Shown: piece after piece, positions 34,619 to 43,810 of the stretch | Position numbering within the stretch: position 1 is the first letter of the stretch | Layout: the number at the start of each line of letters is the position of its first letter | Assembly (NCBI GenBank): GCA_036496425.1 | Contig: DASXLG010000070.1 | Coordinates: 6,087 to 70,086 of the forward strand | Source: Terriglobia bacterium | GTDB taxonomy: Bacteria; Acidobacteriota; Terriglobia; 20CM-2-55-15 | DNA: 64,000 nucleotides | Direction: 5' to 3' | Translations under genes and position numbers: made by a program | The notes under the pieces: model-generated | Told to the model about the DNA's origin: nothing | Seen by the model: only the letters and a program-made list of their open reading frames with translations | Database searches by the model: none

Positions 34619-34680
34619 GAATTAAGGGGACAGACACCGAATTCTGAAGTACAAGAATTCGGTGTCTGTCCCCTTAATTC
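34619..34680. terminator. Perfect 26-bp-stem palindrome (family 3) 4 nt after the TonB receptor stop
   Basis: gaattaaggggacagacaccgaattc-tgaagtacaa-gaattcggtgtctgtccccttaattc. No U-tract follows, so it is REP-like rather than a classical intrinsic terminator. Confidence 0.5.
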
Positions 34681-34741
34681 GTTGTGGCTAATGTCCCCAA
34701 ATTCATGGCTTTTTTTGATATTTCAGACTAAACTTCCGCCA

Positions 34742-35656
34742 ATGATCCCGGTACAGACTAGAAGAGGGTTTCTTTCAACTCTCGCGCTCGTGTTTGCGGC
34801 ACGGAAAGCCTTCGCTTTCCCCTCGCAAATTGCGTCGGCGAAGCTGACGGAAAACCTCACATTCATCACCGGCGCCGGGGGCAACATCGTTGTCCTGAGT
34901 CAGCCCGAAGGCCTGCTTCTGGTGAACGGCAGTTCCCCCGAAATGGCGGCCGAACTCATGAAGTACCTGGCGGATCAGTTCAAGGGGCAGCCGGTGAAAG
35001 CCGTCTTCAACACCGACTGGCACCTCGATCACACGGGCTCGAACGAGCTGTTCAAAAAGGCCGGCGCGAAAATCTACGCGCACGAAAACACGAAGCTCTG
35101 GATCGGCGCCGATTTCTACTCCGACTGGGACAAGCACACGTACAAACCGCGCTCTGCGGCGGCGCTGCCGACGGACACGTTTTATACCTCGGGGAAAATG
35201 ACCTTCGGCAAGGAACCAATCGAGTACGGCTACATGGCGCAGGCTCATACGGACGGCGACATCTATGTTTTCTTCCCCGGCCAGAATGTGCTCGCGGCGG
35301 GCGATATCCTGAGTGTCGGAAAATATCCGCTCCTGGATTACGTGACCGGCGGATGGCTGGGCGGCCTTCAGAACGCCAACACCGCGCTCTTGAAAGTCGC
35401 CAATGCGGAGACGCGCATCATCCCGGGCAGCGGGCCCGTGCAGACGCGCGCCGACCTTCAGGCTCAGGCCGACATGTGCACAATGATGAGGGACCGCCTT
35501 GTCAAGCTGATGCGGCAGGGCATGGGGCCGGCCGACATGATCGCCTCAAAGCCGACCGAAGATTTCGATGCGAAGTGGGGTAATCCGGAACTCTTCATCC
35601 GAATGGCCTATCGCGGCATGTGGGGACACGTGCGCGAACTGGGCGGCATCATATAG
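34742..35656 (+). CDS. Tat-exported metallo-beta-lactamase-fold protein, module 3
   Basis: MIPVQTRRGFLSTLALVFAARKAFA is a Tat signal. The zinc-binding motif is NTDWHLDHTGSN, with downstream HTDGD. It is a paralog of 53700..54632 (the shared blocks HENT.LW, YGY...AHTDGD.YV.FP.QNVLA.GD and TGGW.GG are present). Confidence 0.75.
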   Translation: MIPVQTRRGFLSTLALVFAARKAFAFPSQIASAKLTENLTFITGAGGNIVVLSQPEGLLLVNGSSPEMAAELMKYLADQFKGQPVKAVFNTDWHLDHTGSNELFKKAGAKIYAHENTKLWIGADFYSDWDKHTYKPRSAAALPTDTFYTSGKMTFGKEPIEYGYMAQAHTDGDIYVFFPGQNVLAAGDILSVGKYPLLDYVTGGWLGGLQNANTALLKVANAETRIIPGSGPVQTRADLQAQADMCTMMRDRLVKLMRQGMGPADMIASKPTEDFDAKWGNPELFIRMAYRGMWGHVRELGGII

Positions 35657-35666
35657 GAGATAATTC

Positions 35667-38099
35667 ATGCGCTATGTGTGCGCGGTTTTGGCTTTCGCGG
35701 TCGCCATCCTGGCCTCGGGGTCGGCGGGCTCCGGTGGTTCCGGTAGTCTTCGAGCCGCGGCGCTGCAGGAAAAGACAGCGGTGACGCCATCTCCTCAGCA
35801 GGCACTCATCAATCAGTATTGCGTGACCTGTCACAACCAGCGCGCCAAGACCGCCAACGTCATGTTCGACACGATGGATGTGAACGACGTGTCGAAAAAT
35901 CCCCAGATCTGGGAACGCGCCGTCCGCAAGCTGCGCGGCGGGATGATGCCGCCACCGGGAGCGCGGCGTCCGGATCCGGGCGCCGCGCAGGGATTCGCAA
36001 CCTATCTCGAAAATGAACTCGATAAGGCGGCAGCTGCTCATCCGAATCCGGGACGCGTCGGCGTACACCGGATGAACCGCGATGAGTACGCGAATGCCGT
36101 CGAAGATCTGCTCGGCGTGCGGGTCGATGCCAGCGCCTTGCTCCCGAAGGATGACATCGCGGACGGCTTTGACAACATCGCCGACGTTCTCAAAGTTTCG
36201 CCGTCATTTCTCGATCAATACATTTCGGCCGCCCGCTTCGTGACCAATGAAGCCATCGGCAATCCCGCACCGAAGACGACCAGCGCCGTGTTTCGCGCTT
36301 CCCGCAGCACGGACCAGAGCGCTCATATCGACGGACTGCCGCTCGGCACCCGCGGCGGAATGCTGATCGACTATCTCTTCCCTGCCGACGGCGAATACAA
36401 GTTCAACATCAACGGCCTTGCCAGTGCCGGGTATGTCCGCGGCCTGGAGTGGGAACACACCGTCGTCATCACCATCGACGGCCACCGCGTCTGGGAAAAG
36501 AACGTCGGCGGCGAGGCCGACATCAAAGAGATCGATCAAAAACAGGCCGCCGCCGTGGCGGCGATTAACGGCCGGTTTCAGAACATTCTGATTCCCGTGA
36601 AGTCCGGACCACACAAGGTCGGGATAACCTTCATCGAACGTTCCTACGCCGAGCCGGACGAAACGCTCCGCTCATTTATCCCGGGAAAACTCGAAGATCG
36701 CATCGCGCGGATCTCGAATGTGGAAGTCCTTGGTCCGTACAACTCCGACGGAGTCACGGAGACGCCGAGCCACAAGCACGTTTTCATTTGCCATCCGGCC
36801 GGCGCCGCTTCCGAATCCGAGCAGACGGCCTGCGCAAAACAGATCCTCTCGGCGCTGGCGAAGCGCGCCTACCGCCGTCCCGTCACGGAGCGGGATCTGG
36901 TCGCGCCGATGGCATTCTACAAAACCGGTAAAGACGAAGGCGGCAGCTTCGACTCCGGCGTCAAGAGCGCCTTGACCGCGGTTCTGTCCAGCCCGAAGTT
37001 CCTGTACCGCGCCGAGACTTTCCCGGGAAACGTCGCAGCCGGATCGAACTATCGCATCAGTGATCTGGATCTGGCGGCGCGGATGTCGTTCTTCATCTGG
37101 AGCCGGTTGCCCGACGACGAACTGATCAATGCCGCGGCCAAGGGACAGCTGACCGATCCGAAAAATCCGCAGGCTCTGAATCAGGAAGTGCGGCGAATGC
37201 TGGCCGACCCGAAGTCGAAATCGCTGGTCACGAACTTTGCTTTCGAATGGCTGAAAGTCCGCAGCATCGACGATATCGATCCGGATGCCATCCAGTTTCC
37301 CAACTGGGACGACAGTCTGCGCGAAGCCTTCAAGCGCGAAATGGAACTGTTCGTCGGCAGCATCATTCAGGAAGACCGCAGCGTGGTGGATCTCCTCACG
37401 GCGAATTACACCTACCTTAATGAACGGCTGGCCCTGCACTACGGAATTCCGAACGTCCGTGGCGACCGCTTCCGCAGAGTCACGCTCGACGATCCGAACC
37501 GCTTCGGACTGTTCGGCAAAGGCAGCATTCTGATGGCGACGTCTTATCCGAACCGGACGGCTCCGGTTCTGCGCGGCGCTTTCGTTCTGGAAAACATCAT
37601 GGGAACGCCGCCCTCGCCGCCACCGCCGGACGTCGAAGGCTTCAAGGAAAACAAGGAAGGCGAAAAGGCGAAAACCGTGCGCGAGATCATGGAGAAGCAT
37701 CGCGCGAACCCGGTGTGCAATAACTGCCACGGCGTCATGGATCCGCTCGGCTTCTCGCTCGAGAATTTCGATGCGATCGGAGCCTGGCGATCGAAAGACG
37801 TTTTCGCGGACACGACTATCGACGCTTCCGGCAAACTGGTCGACGGAACGCCGGTCAATGGACCGGTGGATCTCCGCAATGCATTGCTGAAACATCCCGA
37901 ACAGTTCGTTCAGACACTCACCGAGAAGATGATGACGTTTGCCCTGGGACGCAGCGTGGAGTACTACGACATGCCGACCATACGCAAAATCGTCCGGGAC
38001 TCGGCGAAAGATAATTACAGGTTTTCTTCGATCGTGCTGGGCATCGTCAACAGCCCGGCGTTCCAGATGAGACGAGCGGAAAAGGTTACGAGTAATTAG
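35667..38099 (+). CDS. PSCyt/PSD multidomain di-heme family protein, module 3
   Basis: MRYVCAVLAFAVAILASGSAGS..., then YCVTCHNQRAKTANV. Family blocks include HPNPGRVGVHRMNRDEYANAVEDLL, LTANYTYLNERLALHYGIPN and FRRVTLDDPNRFGLFGKGSILMATSYPNRTAPVLRG. A C-terminal CNNCHGVMDPLGFSLENFD is present. A GGAG Shine-Dalgarno precedes it 11 nt after the MBL stop. Confidence 0.85.
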   Translation: MRYVCAVLAFAVAILASGSAGSGGSGSLRAAALQEKTAVTPSPQQALINQYCVTCHNQRAKTANVMFDTMDVNDVSKNPQIWERAVRKLRGGMMPPPGARRPDPGAAQGFATYLENELDKAAAAHPNPGRVGVHRMNRDEYANAVEDLLGVRVDASALLPKDDIADGFDNIADVLKVSPSFLDQYISAARFVTNEAIGNPAPKTTSAVFRASRSTDQSAHIDGLPLGTRGGMLIDYLFPADGEYKFNINGLASAGYVRGLEWEHTVVITIDGHRVWEKNVGGEADIKEIDQKQAAAVAAINGRFQNILIPVKSGPHKVGITFIERSYAEPDETLRSFIPGKLEDRIARISNVEVLGPYNSDGVTETPSHKHVFICHPAGAASESEQTACAKQILSALAKRAYRRPVTERDLVAPMAFYKTGKDEGGSFDSGVKSALTAVLSSPKFLYRAETFPGNVAAGSNYRISDLDLAARMSFFIWSRLPDDELINAAAKGQLTDPKNPQALNQEVRRMLADPKSKSLVTNFAFEWLKVRSIDDIDPDAIQFPNWDDSLREAFKREMELFVGSIIQEDRSVVDLLTANYTYLNERLALHYGIPNVRGDRFRRVTLDDPNRFGLFGKGSILMATSYPNRTAPVLRGAFVLENIMGTPPSPPPPDVEGFKENKEGEKAKTVREIMEKHRANPVCNNCHGVMDPLGFSLENFDAIGAWRSKDVFADTTIDASGKLVDGTPVNGPVDLRNALLKHPEQFVQTLTEKMMTFALGRSVEYYDMPTIRKIVRDSAKDNYRFSSIVLGIVNSPAFQMRRAEKVTSN

Positions 38100-38112
38100 T
38101 AAGGAGCAGACC

Positions 38113-39423
38113 ATGTTCATCACTAAGAAACATTTGTCACGCCGCACGTTCCTTCGCGGCGCAGGCGTCGCTGTTGGATTGCCGTTACTGGACGCAATGA
38201 TCCCGGCGGGCACAATGCTCGCTCAGACCGCGGCCAAAGCAACGCCGCACATGGGATTCATCTATTTCCCTCACGGCGCGATCATGGATAACTGGATGCC
38301 GGCGAAGGAGGGCGCCGACTTCGACCTGAAGCCCATCCTGAAACCGCTCGAACCTTTCAAGAAGCAATTGACCGTCATCAGCGGCCTGGCCAACAAGCAG
38401 GCGTACGGTCCCGTTCACGCTCTGTCGCCGGGAACATGGTTGAGTTGCGTCCGGCCGCGTGAAAGCCAGGATCCGTACGGCGGCGTGACCGTCGATCAGA
38501 TTGCGGCAAAACACATCGGCCAGGACACGCCAATGCCGTCGATCGAACTTGCCGTGGAAGGCGGCGGACTGGCCGGCGCGTGCGACCGGAACTTCGGCTG
38601 CAGTTATGCGGGAACGATCTCATTCCGCACGCCATCGACGCCGATGCCGATGGAATACAACCCGAGAAAGACATTCGAACGCCTGTTCGGGCAGGGCGAC
38701 ACCCCGCAGGAGCGCAAAGCTCTGGGCAAGCAATATGCCAGCATCCTCGACCTCATCAGCGAGGAAGCCGCCGATCTTCAATCGCACCTGGATCCCCAGG
38801 ACCGCGTGGCGGTCAGCGACTATCTGGAAAGCGTGCGCGAAGTGGAGCGGCGCGTCCAGAAAATGGACGAGCACGATCTGACCAGGCTCGACCTGCCGAA
38901 CGTTCCTCCCGGAACGCCCCCGCTCGACGACCGGCTCAACCTCATGTTCGACATGGTGGCTTTGGCCTATCAGGCGAACCTGACGCGCATCTTCTCGTTC
39001 ATGATGGCCGCCGAGGGCAGCAACATGACGTACAACCACATCGGCGTGCCCGATGCGTTCCATCCCGTATCGCATCACCAGAACAATCCGAAACGCATGG
39101 AAAGCTGTACGAAGATCCAGACCTATAACGCCGGGGTCGTTGCAAAATTCCTGGGGAAACTTCAAAAGATGCAGGACGGCGACGGCACCATGCTCGACCA
39201 TTCGATCATCCTGTTCGGCAGCAACATGAGCAACAGCAACGCTCACAATCACGATCCGTTACCGACAGCGCTCGTCAGCGGATGGAAGACGATCAAGGGT
39301 GGGCAGCATCTGAAATATCCGGAACACACGACGCTTGCGAACCTGCACCTGACGTTGCTCGAACGCGCCGGAATTGTGGAAAACGCTTTCGGAGACAGCA
39401 CCGGAAAGTTATCGGAGGTCTAA
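38113..39423 (+). CDS. DUF1501 family protein (Tat-exported), module 3
   Basis: MFITKKHLSRRTFLRGAGVAVGLPLLDAM, with an AAGGAG Shine-Dalgarno. Length is 436 aa. Confidence 0.85.
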   Translation: MFITKKHLSRRTFLRGAGVAVGLPLLDAMIPAGTMLAQTAAKATPHMGFIYFPHGAIMDNWMPAKEGADFDLKPILKPLEPFKKQLTVISGLANKQAYGPVHALSPGTWLSCVRPRESQDPYGGVTVDQIAAKHIGQDTPMPSIELAVEGGGLAGACDRNFGCSYAGTISFRTPSTPMPMEYNPRKTFERLFGQGDTPQERKALGKQYASILDLISEEAADLQSHLDPQDRVAVSDYLESVREVERRVQKMDEHDLTRLDLPNVPPGTPPLDDRLNLMFDMVALAYQANLTRIFSFMMAAEGSNMTYNHIGVPDAFHPVSHHQNNPKRMESCTKIQTYNAGVVAKFLGKLQKMQDGDGTMLDHSIILFGSNMSNSNAHNHDPLPTALVSGWKTIKGGQHLKYPEHTTLANLHLTLLERAGIVENAFGDSTGKLSEV

Positions 39424-40887
39424 ATGCCCACGATCATTCTTGCCATGCTGCTTGCAGCCGCCGGGCTGGTCGATGCCGTGAAATCCGGCGACCGGACGAC
39501 CGCCCTTTCACTGCTCCAGCAGAAAGTGAATGTCAACGCGCCCGAGGCGGACGGAACCACGGCCCTGCACTGGGCCGTTCAGAAAGACGACGCGGACCTC
39601 GTGGACCGGCTGATCAAAGCCGGCGCCAACGTCAACGCGAAAAACGACTACGGCTCGACGCCGATGTCGGAAGCCGCCATCAATGGCGACGTCGCGATCA
39701 TGGACAAACTGCTGAAGGCCGGCGCCAGCGCCGAATCGTCAAATGCCGACGGCCAGACAGCGTTGATGATCGTCGCGCGCACGAATAACGTCGAAGCAGC
39801 GCGGCTTCTGTTGAATCACGGCGCGAATGTCAACGCGGCAGAAAAGTTCCATGAACAAACGCCTCTGATGTGGGCGGCCGCCGAAGGCCAGGCCTCGATG
39901 ACCAAAGAACTCATCGCGCACGGCGCCGATGTCAATGCGCGCTCTCACGTCAATGACTGGGATCGCCAGGTCACTGCAGAAGCCCGCGCAATCGCTCGGC
40001 CGGCCGGCGGATTGACGGCGCTCCTGTACGCCGCGCGCCAGGGATGCACCGGATGCGCCAAAGCGCTGGCGGAAGGCGGCGCGGATTTGAATCTTGCCGA
40101 TCCGGAAGGCGTGTCTCCCCTGCTCCTCTCCATCCTTAACATGAACTTCGATGTCGCGGCCTATCTGATCCAGAAAGGCGCCAACGTCGACAAATGGGAT
40201 TGGTGGGGACAAAGTCCGGTCTACGCGGCTGTCGACGTGAATACGATTCCTCACGGCGGACGCCCGGACCGTCCTTCAGCCGACGAGACCACCAGCCTCC
40301 AGGTTCTGCAGATGCTGCTCGATAAAGGCGCGAACGCGAACCTTCAACTCAAGCTCTTGCCGCCTTATCGCAACCTTGGCGCCGATCGCGGAGTCGATGG
40401 AATGCTCACCATCGGCACAACGCCTCTGCTGCGGGCCGCCAAAGGCCTGGATGCGCCCGCGATCAAATTGTTGCTCGAACACGGCGCCAATCCGAACCTG
40501 CCCAATACGCGGAATTTCATTCCGATCGTGGCCGCTGCCGGAATCGGATCGAGCGATGCCGATACGCGCGGCTGGTTCAAAACCGACGACGTTCAGCAGC
40601 GGGCCATCGCTTCTCTGGACCTTCTGCTGAAAGCCGGAGGCGACATCAACGCCAAGGATACACAGGGCAAAACCCTGCTGCTGGGCGCCGCATTCTGGGG
40701 TTGGAGTGACGTCGTGAAATATCTCGCCGCTCATGGCGCCGACTTGAGTGCGAAAGATAATCGCGGGCACGATGCCGTCGACACAGCGCTCGGCAAAGCC
40801 GGCGGCAACAGCCGCGGCGGCCAACGCGTCGATGTGCATCAGGACACCGCGGACCTGCTCAAACAACTGATCGCGGCCAAACAATGA
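39424..40887 (+). CDS. Secreted ankyrin-repeat protein, module 3
   Basis: MPTIILAMLLAAAGLVDA. Ankyrin repeats include DGTTALHWAVQKDDADLVDRLIKAGANVNAKNDYGSTPMSEAAINGDVAIMDKLLKAGA.... The ATG immediately follows the DUF1501 TAA. Confidence 0.85.
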   Translation: MPTIILAMLLAAAGLVDAVKSGDRTTALSLLQQKVNVNAPEADGTTALHWAVQKDDADLVDRLIKAGANVNAKNDYGSTPMSEAAINGDVAIMDKLLKAGASAESSNADGQTALMIVARTNNVEAARLLLNHGANVNAAEKFHEQTPLMWAAAEGQASMTKELIAHGADVNARSHVNDWDRQVTAEARAIARPAGGLTALLYAARQGCTGCAKALAEGGADLNLADPEGVSPLLLSILNMNFDVAAYLIQKGANVDKWDWWGQSPVYAAVDVNTIPHGGRPDRPSADETTSLQVLQMLLDKGANANLQLKLLPPYRNLGADRGVDGMLTIGTTPLLRAAKGLDAPAIKLLLEHGANPNLPNTRNFIPIVAAAGIGSSDADTRGWFKTDDVQQRAIASLDLLLKAGGDINAKDTQGKTLLLGAAFWGWSDVVKYLAAHGADLSAKDNRGHDAVDTALGKAGGNSRGGQRVDVHQDTADLLKQLIAAKQ

Positions 40888-41831
40888 GAAAAAGAAAAGG
40901 AACACAAAAAGCACAAGAGACACAAGCAAGACGCATTATTCCTCTCTTGTGTTGCTTTTTGTGCTTCTTGTGTTCCTTTCCCGTCTTCGCCGCCAACGAC
41001 TGCGATCGGCCCTGCCTCAAGACCACCCTCGACCAGTATCTCAACGCCGCCATCAAGCATGACCCGGCGGGCGCTCCTCTTTTCGCCGGCTTCCGCCAGA
41101 CCGAAAACGCCATCGTGGTGCGCACCGGTACCGGCATCTGGAAATCGCTGACCGGCCTCGGCAAGGTTCAGCGCCGTTACTTCGATCCGGTGTCCGGACA
41201 GGCCGCCTATTACGGAATCATCGAAGAAGGTTCAACTGCCGATATCGCGACAGTCCGCCTCAAGGTGGAAGACAAGAAGATCACGGAAGCCGAATGGATT
41301 ATCAGCCGCAAAACCGATATCGGCCTGAACGGCACCGGCCCGAATCTTCTCGATCCCGGGAATCTAGCCGCCAATGCCCCTCCCGATAAACCCATGCCGC
41401 GCGACGCGAAGCTCTCGCGCGCAGCGCTGATGGCCATCGTGAACAGTTATTTCGACGGCATCACGACACACGACGGCTCCATCATCAATGCGTATCAAGG
41501 ATGCACCCGAATCGAAAACGGCGTTACGATGACCGGCCGCGGAAGCCGCGGCGGAGCAACGAGCGATTGCACCTCCGGCCTGGAAACCATCAACATTCTG
41601 AATGTTGCGGCACGCCGCTTCCCTATCGTCGACGAGGATGCCGGCGTCGTCCTGGCGATGGCTGTCTTCATCCGGAAACCCGGCACCACGACACGCCGGA
41701 ACGTTTTCTCGGAATGGTTCTACATCGATAAAGGGAAGATCCGGACGATTTACACTGCGATGTTCTATCCGCCCGCGGAGCTTCCGGTTCCCAACTGGCC
41801 GCCATACGACGGCAACTGGCCGGTGAAATAA
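40884..41831 (+). CDS. Secreted hypothetical protein whose signal peptide is supplied by a palindromic repeat
   Basis: MRKRKGTQKAQETQARRIIPLLCCFLCFLCSFPVFAAND... The ATGA overlaps the ankyrin stop. The mature part (CDRPCLKTTLDQYLNAAIKHDPAG...) has no family I recognise. Length is 315 aa. Confidence 0.55.
   Translation: MRKRKGTQKAQETQARRIIPLLCCFLCFLCSFPVFAANDCDRPCLKTTLDQYLNAAIKHDPAGAPLFAGFRQTENAIVVRTGTGIWKSLTGLGKVQRRYFDPVSGQAAYYGIIEEGSTADIATVRLKVEDKKITEAEWIISRKTDIGLNGTGPNLLDPGNLAANAPPDKPMPRDAKLSRAALMAIVNSYFDGITTHDGSIINAYQGCTRIENGVTMTGRGSRGGATSDCTSGLETINILNVAARRFPIVDEDAGVVLAMAVFIRKPGTTTRRNVFSEWFYIDKGKIRTIYTAMFYPPAELPVPNWPPYDGNWPVK
40899..40976. repeat. Palindromic repeat family 1, copy C
   Basis: Arm 1 is ggaacacaaaaagcacaagagacacaag. 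Arm 2 is ctcttgtgttgctttttgtgcttcttgtgttcc, an imperfect reverse complement. It encodes GTQKAQETQ...LLCCFLCFLCS of the downstream protein. Confidence 0.8.
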
Positions 41832-41844
41832 GTTACTATCGGGC

Positions 41845-42759
41845 GTGCTTCTTTTATTTATTCTCTCCGCCGTTACAGTTCTTGCCCCGGCAAAAGTGGA
41901 TATTCAGGGCGAGATCGTGGCCTCTCACTTCGTCGATGCCCCGGCGACGCTGCAATTGTTCAGCGGCAAGAATCTTGTTCAGACGGTCACTTCCGATGAG
42001 CACGGGCACTTCAGGTTCACGAAGATCGAAGCCGGTTCTTATACGATGCACGTCGAATGCGACGGTTACTACGCGCAGGACATTCCTGTTCAGGTGGCGA
42101 ATTCAACGTCACACGTAAGCGTCATGCTGAAGCCCGCGCCCGACAACCCGTCGCTGACGGCCGCCTTCGACCCGTTTCGCGATCTCGACATTCCCGCGAA
42201 GGCCAGGAAGGAATTCGACCTCGGAGTGCGTCCTCAGAAGGACGGGAAATGCGGCATGAGAATCGAGCATCTCCGGAAAGCCCTGTCGCTGTTTCCGAGA
42301 TATGGTGAAGCATTCACCGAGATCGCCCGCTGCTATGTGCAGATGAATGATATGGCGGGCGCGGAAGCGGCGTTCAAGAGTGCGATCCGCTACACGACCG
42401 GCATCTATCCGACGATTAACCTGGCGAACTTATTGATCAATGAAAACCGCCTGGATGATGCGCAGGCGCTGATTACTCCCCTGTTCAAGAAGAACCCCAC
42501 GGAGGGCGAGCCATACGCCTCCATGGCCCGAATCAATTACGCCAGAGGCCAGCTACGCGAAACAGAGGCCGCCGTGATCGCGGCGCACGAGCGCGGACAT
42601 CAGTCGCCGGATATTCACCTGATTCTCGCGAAGATTTATGAAGACCGTGGAATGCGAGGCGCGCTTGCCACTCAGCTGCTCAATTACCTCGACGAAGCCC
42701 CACACGGCGCAGCGGCGGATCAAGTCCGCAAGAAACTGCAGGACCTTCAGGACCGGTAG
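41845..42759 (+). CDS. Carboxypeptidase-regulatory-like domain plus TPR-repeat protein
   Basis: GEIVASHFVDAPATLQLFSGKNLVQTVTSDEHGHFRFTKIEAGSYTMHVECDGYYAQDIPVQV is a CarbopepD_reg-like beta-sandwich. The C-terminal half carries TPR-like helices (ALSLFPRYGEAFTEIARCYVQMNDMAGAEAAFKSAIRY...). Confidence 0.5.
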   Translation: MLLLFILSAVTVLAPAKVDIQGEIVASHFVDAPATLQLFSGKNLVQTVTSDEHGHFRFTKIEAGSYTMHVECDGYYAQDIPVQVANSTSHVSVMLKPAPDNPSLTAAFDPFRDLDIPAKARKEFDLGVRPQKDGKCGMRIEHLRKALSLFPRYGEAFTEIARCYVQMNDMAGAEAAFKSAIRYTTGIYPTINLANLLINENRLDDAQALITPLFKKNPTEGEPYASMARINYARGQLRETEAAVIAAHERGHQSPDIHLILAKIYEDRGMRGALATQLLNYLDEAPHGAAADQVRKKLQDLQDR

Positions 42760-43087
42760 GATATGCACCAATGAAGAAACTTGCGATGATGCGCTGATCC
42801 AATATCATCTTAACGAGGGGGACGCCCTTCGGGCTTTATCTTTCGCGCGCGTCCTGGCGACGTGAAGTATCGATCGGGCATAGGCTGCCAGGCACTCGCT
42901 GCATTTGTCGATGTGGTCGAACTCGAATTTCGTGAAGCGGGAATCCTTCCCGGCCAGTTCAAGGAGCCGCTTCTTCAGCACGTGTTCCTGCACGGTTTGT
43001 ATAACGACAAAGATCGAAGGTTGGATGCCTGATTTTTTTGAATCCGGCGGCAGGGTTTTGTCGTTCTTCTAAACGGAGTGTACGTCG

Positions 43088-43810
43088 GTGTACCAAGTCC
43101 GTCCGCCTGCCGGAAGCCTCTTGACGGAAAACTGTTTGCCGCGGCATGATTTCAAGGTGAGTACGGCAAGACCTACGAGCCCTGACTGGCCTGAATCTGA
43201 AGGAAGAACGCTGGGCGACCTGCTTTACGCCTCAAGACAGAGGTTTCGTGTTTCCGAGCAGGAGTGGGTCGAACTGGTCAAGGCGATCGCCGGAGGCGAC
43301 CAGCTTGCGCTGCATTCGTTATATGAGCGGACGCATCGGATCGTCTTCACGTTGATCGTACGGATCACTCGCAACCGGGAGACGGCCGAAGAATTGACGC
43401 TCGACGTATTTCACGACGTGTGGCGAAGAGCTGCGGCGTACGATCCCGCAGGTGGAAGCGTCCTCGGGTGGATCATGAATCAGGCGCGATCGCGCGCCAT
43501 CGACCGGGTGCGGTTCGATCAGCGTAAGAAGCGGGTCAACATTTCTGGTGAAGATCCGGTTACGGCCCAGCTTCCGGCCGATCCTCAACAGGCATGCCAG
43601 CTTGAAGAAGAAGCGCGGCATCTGCGAGAGGCGCTCGAGGTACTCACTCCAGAGGAGCGTCAGGTGATCGAAACGGCCTTTTTCTCCGAGTTGACGTACC
43701 ACGAGGTCGCGCAAAAGCTGAGTCAACCTCTAGGTACCGTCAAGACACGGATCCGGTCCGGACTCGGCAAACTGCGGCATACTCTCGGCAGGACTTTGAA
43801 GCGTATATGA
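43088..43810 (+). CDS. ECF (group IV) RNA polymerase sigma factor; the true start may lie downstream of 43088
   Basis: Region 2 is ...ELVKAIAGGDQLALHSLYERTHRIVFTLIVRITRNRETAEELTLDVFHDVWRRAAAYDP. Region 4 is ...LTPEERQVIETAFFSELTYHEVAQKLSQPLGTVKTRIRSGLGKLR. Confidence 0.75.
   Translation: MYQVRPPAGSLLTENCLPRHDFKVSTARPTSPDWPESEGRTLGDLLYASRQRFRVSEQEWVELVKAIAGGDQLALHSLYERTHRIVFTLIVRITRNRETAEELTLDVFHDVWRRAAAYDPAGGSVLGWIMNQARSRAIDRVRFDQRKKRVNISGEDPVTAQLPADPQQACQLEEEARHLREALEVLTPEERQVIETAFFSELTYHEVAQKLSQPLGTVKTRIRSGLGKLRHTLGRTLKRI

Noticed and set aside
34616-34742. Alternative long start (34682, MWLMSPNSWLFLIFQTKLPP...) for the module-3 MBL gene
   Set aside because: The first 20 codons overlap the family-3 palindrome and lack signal-peptide character. 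The Tat motif TRRGFL follows the internal Met at 34742, which gives a canonical Tat signal.
42805-42993. 62-aa minus-strand ORF (MQEHVLKKRLLELAGKDSRFTKFEFDHIDKCSECLAAYARS...) upstream of the ECF sigma gene as a small zinc-finger regulator
   Set aside because: It has only two Cys in a CxxC arrangement, no RBS, and lies in what is more likely the promoter/leader of the sigma-factor operon. The evidence is insufficient.
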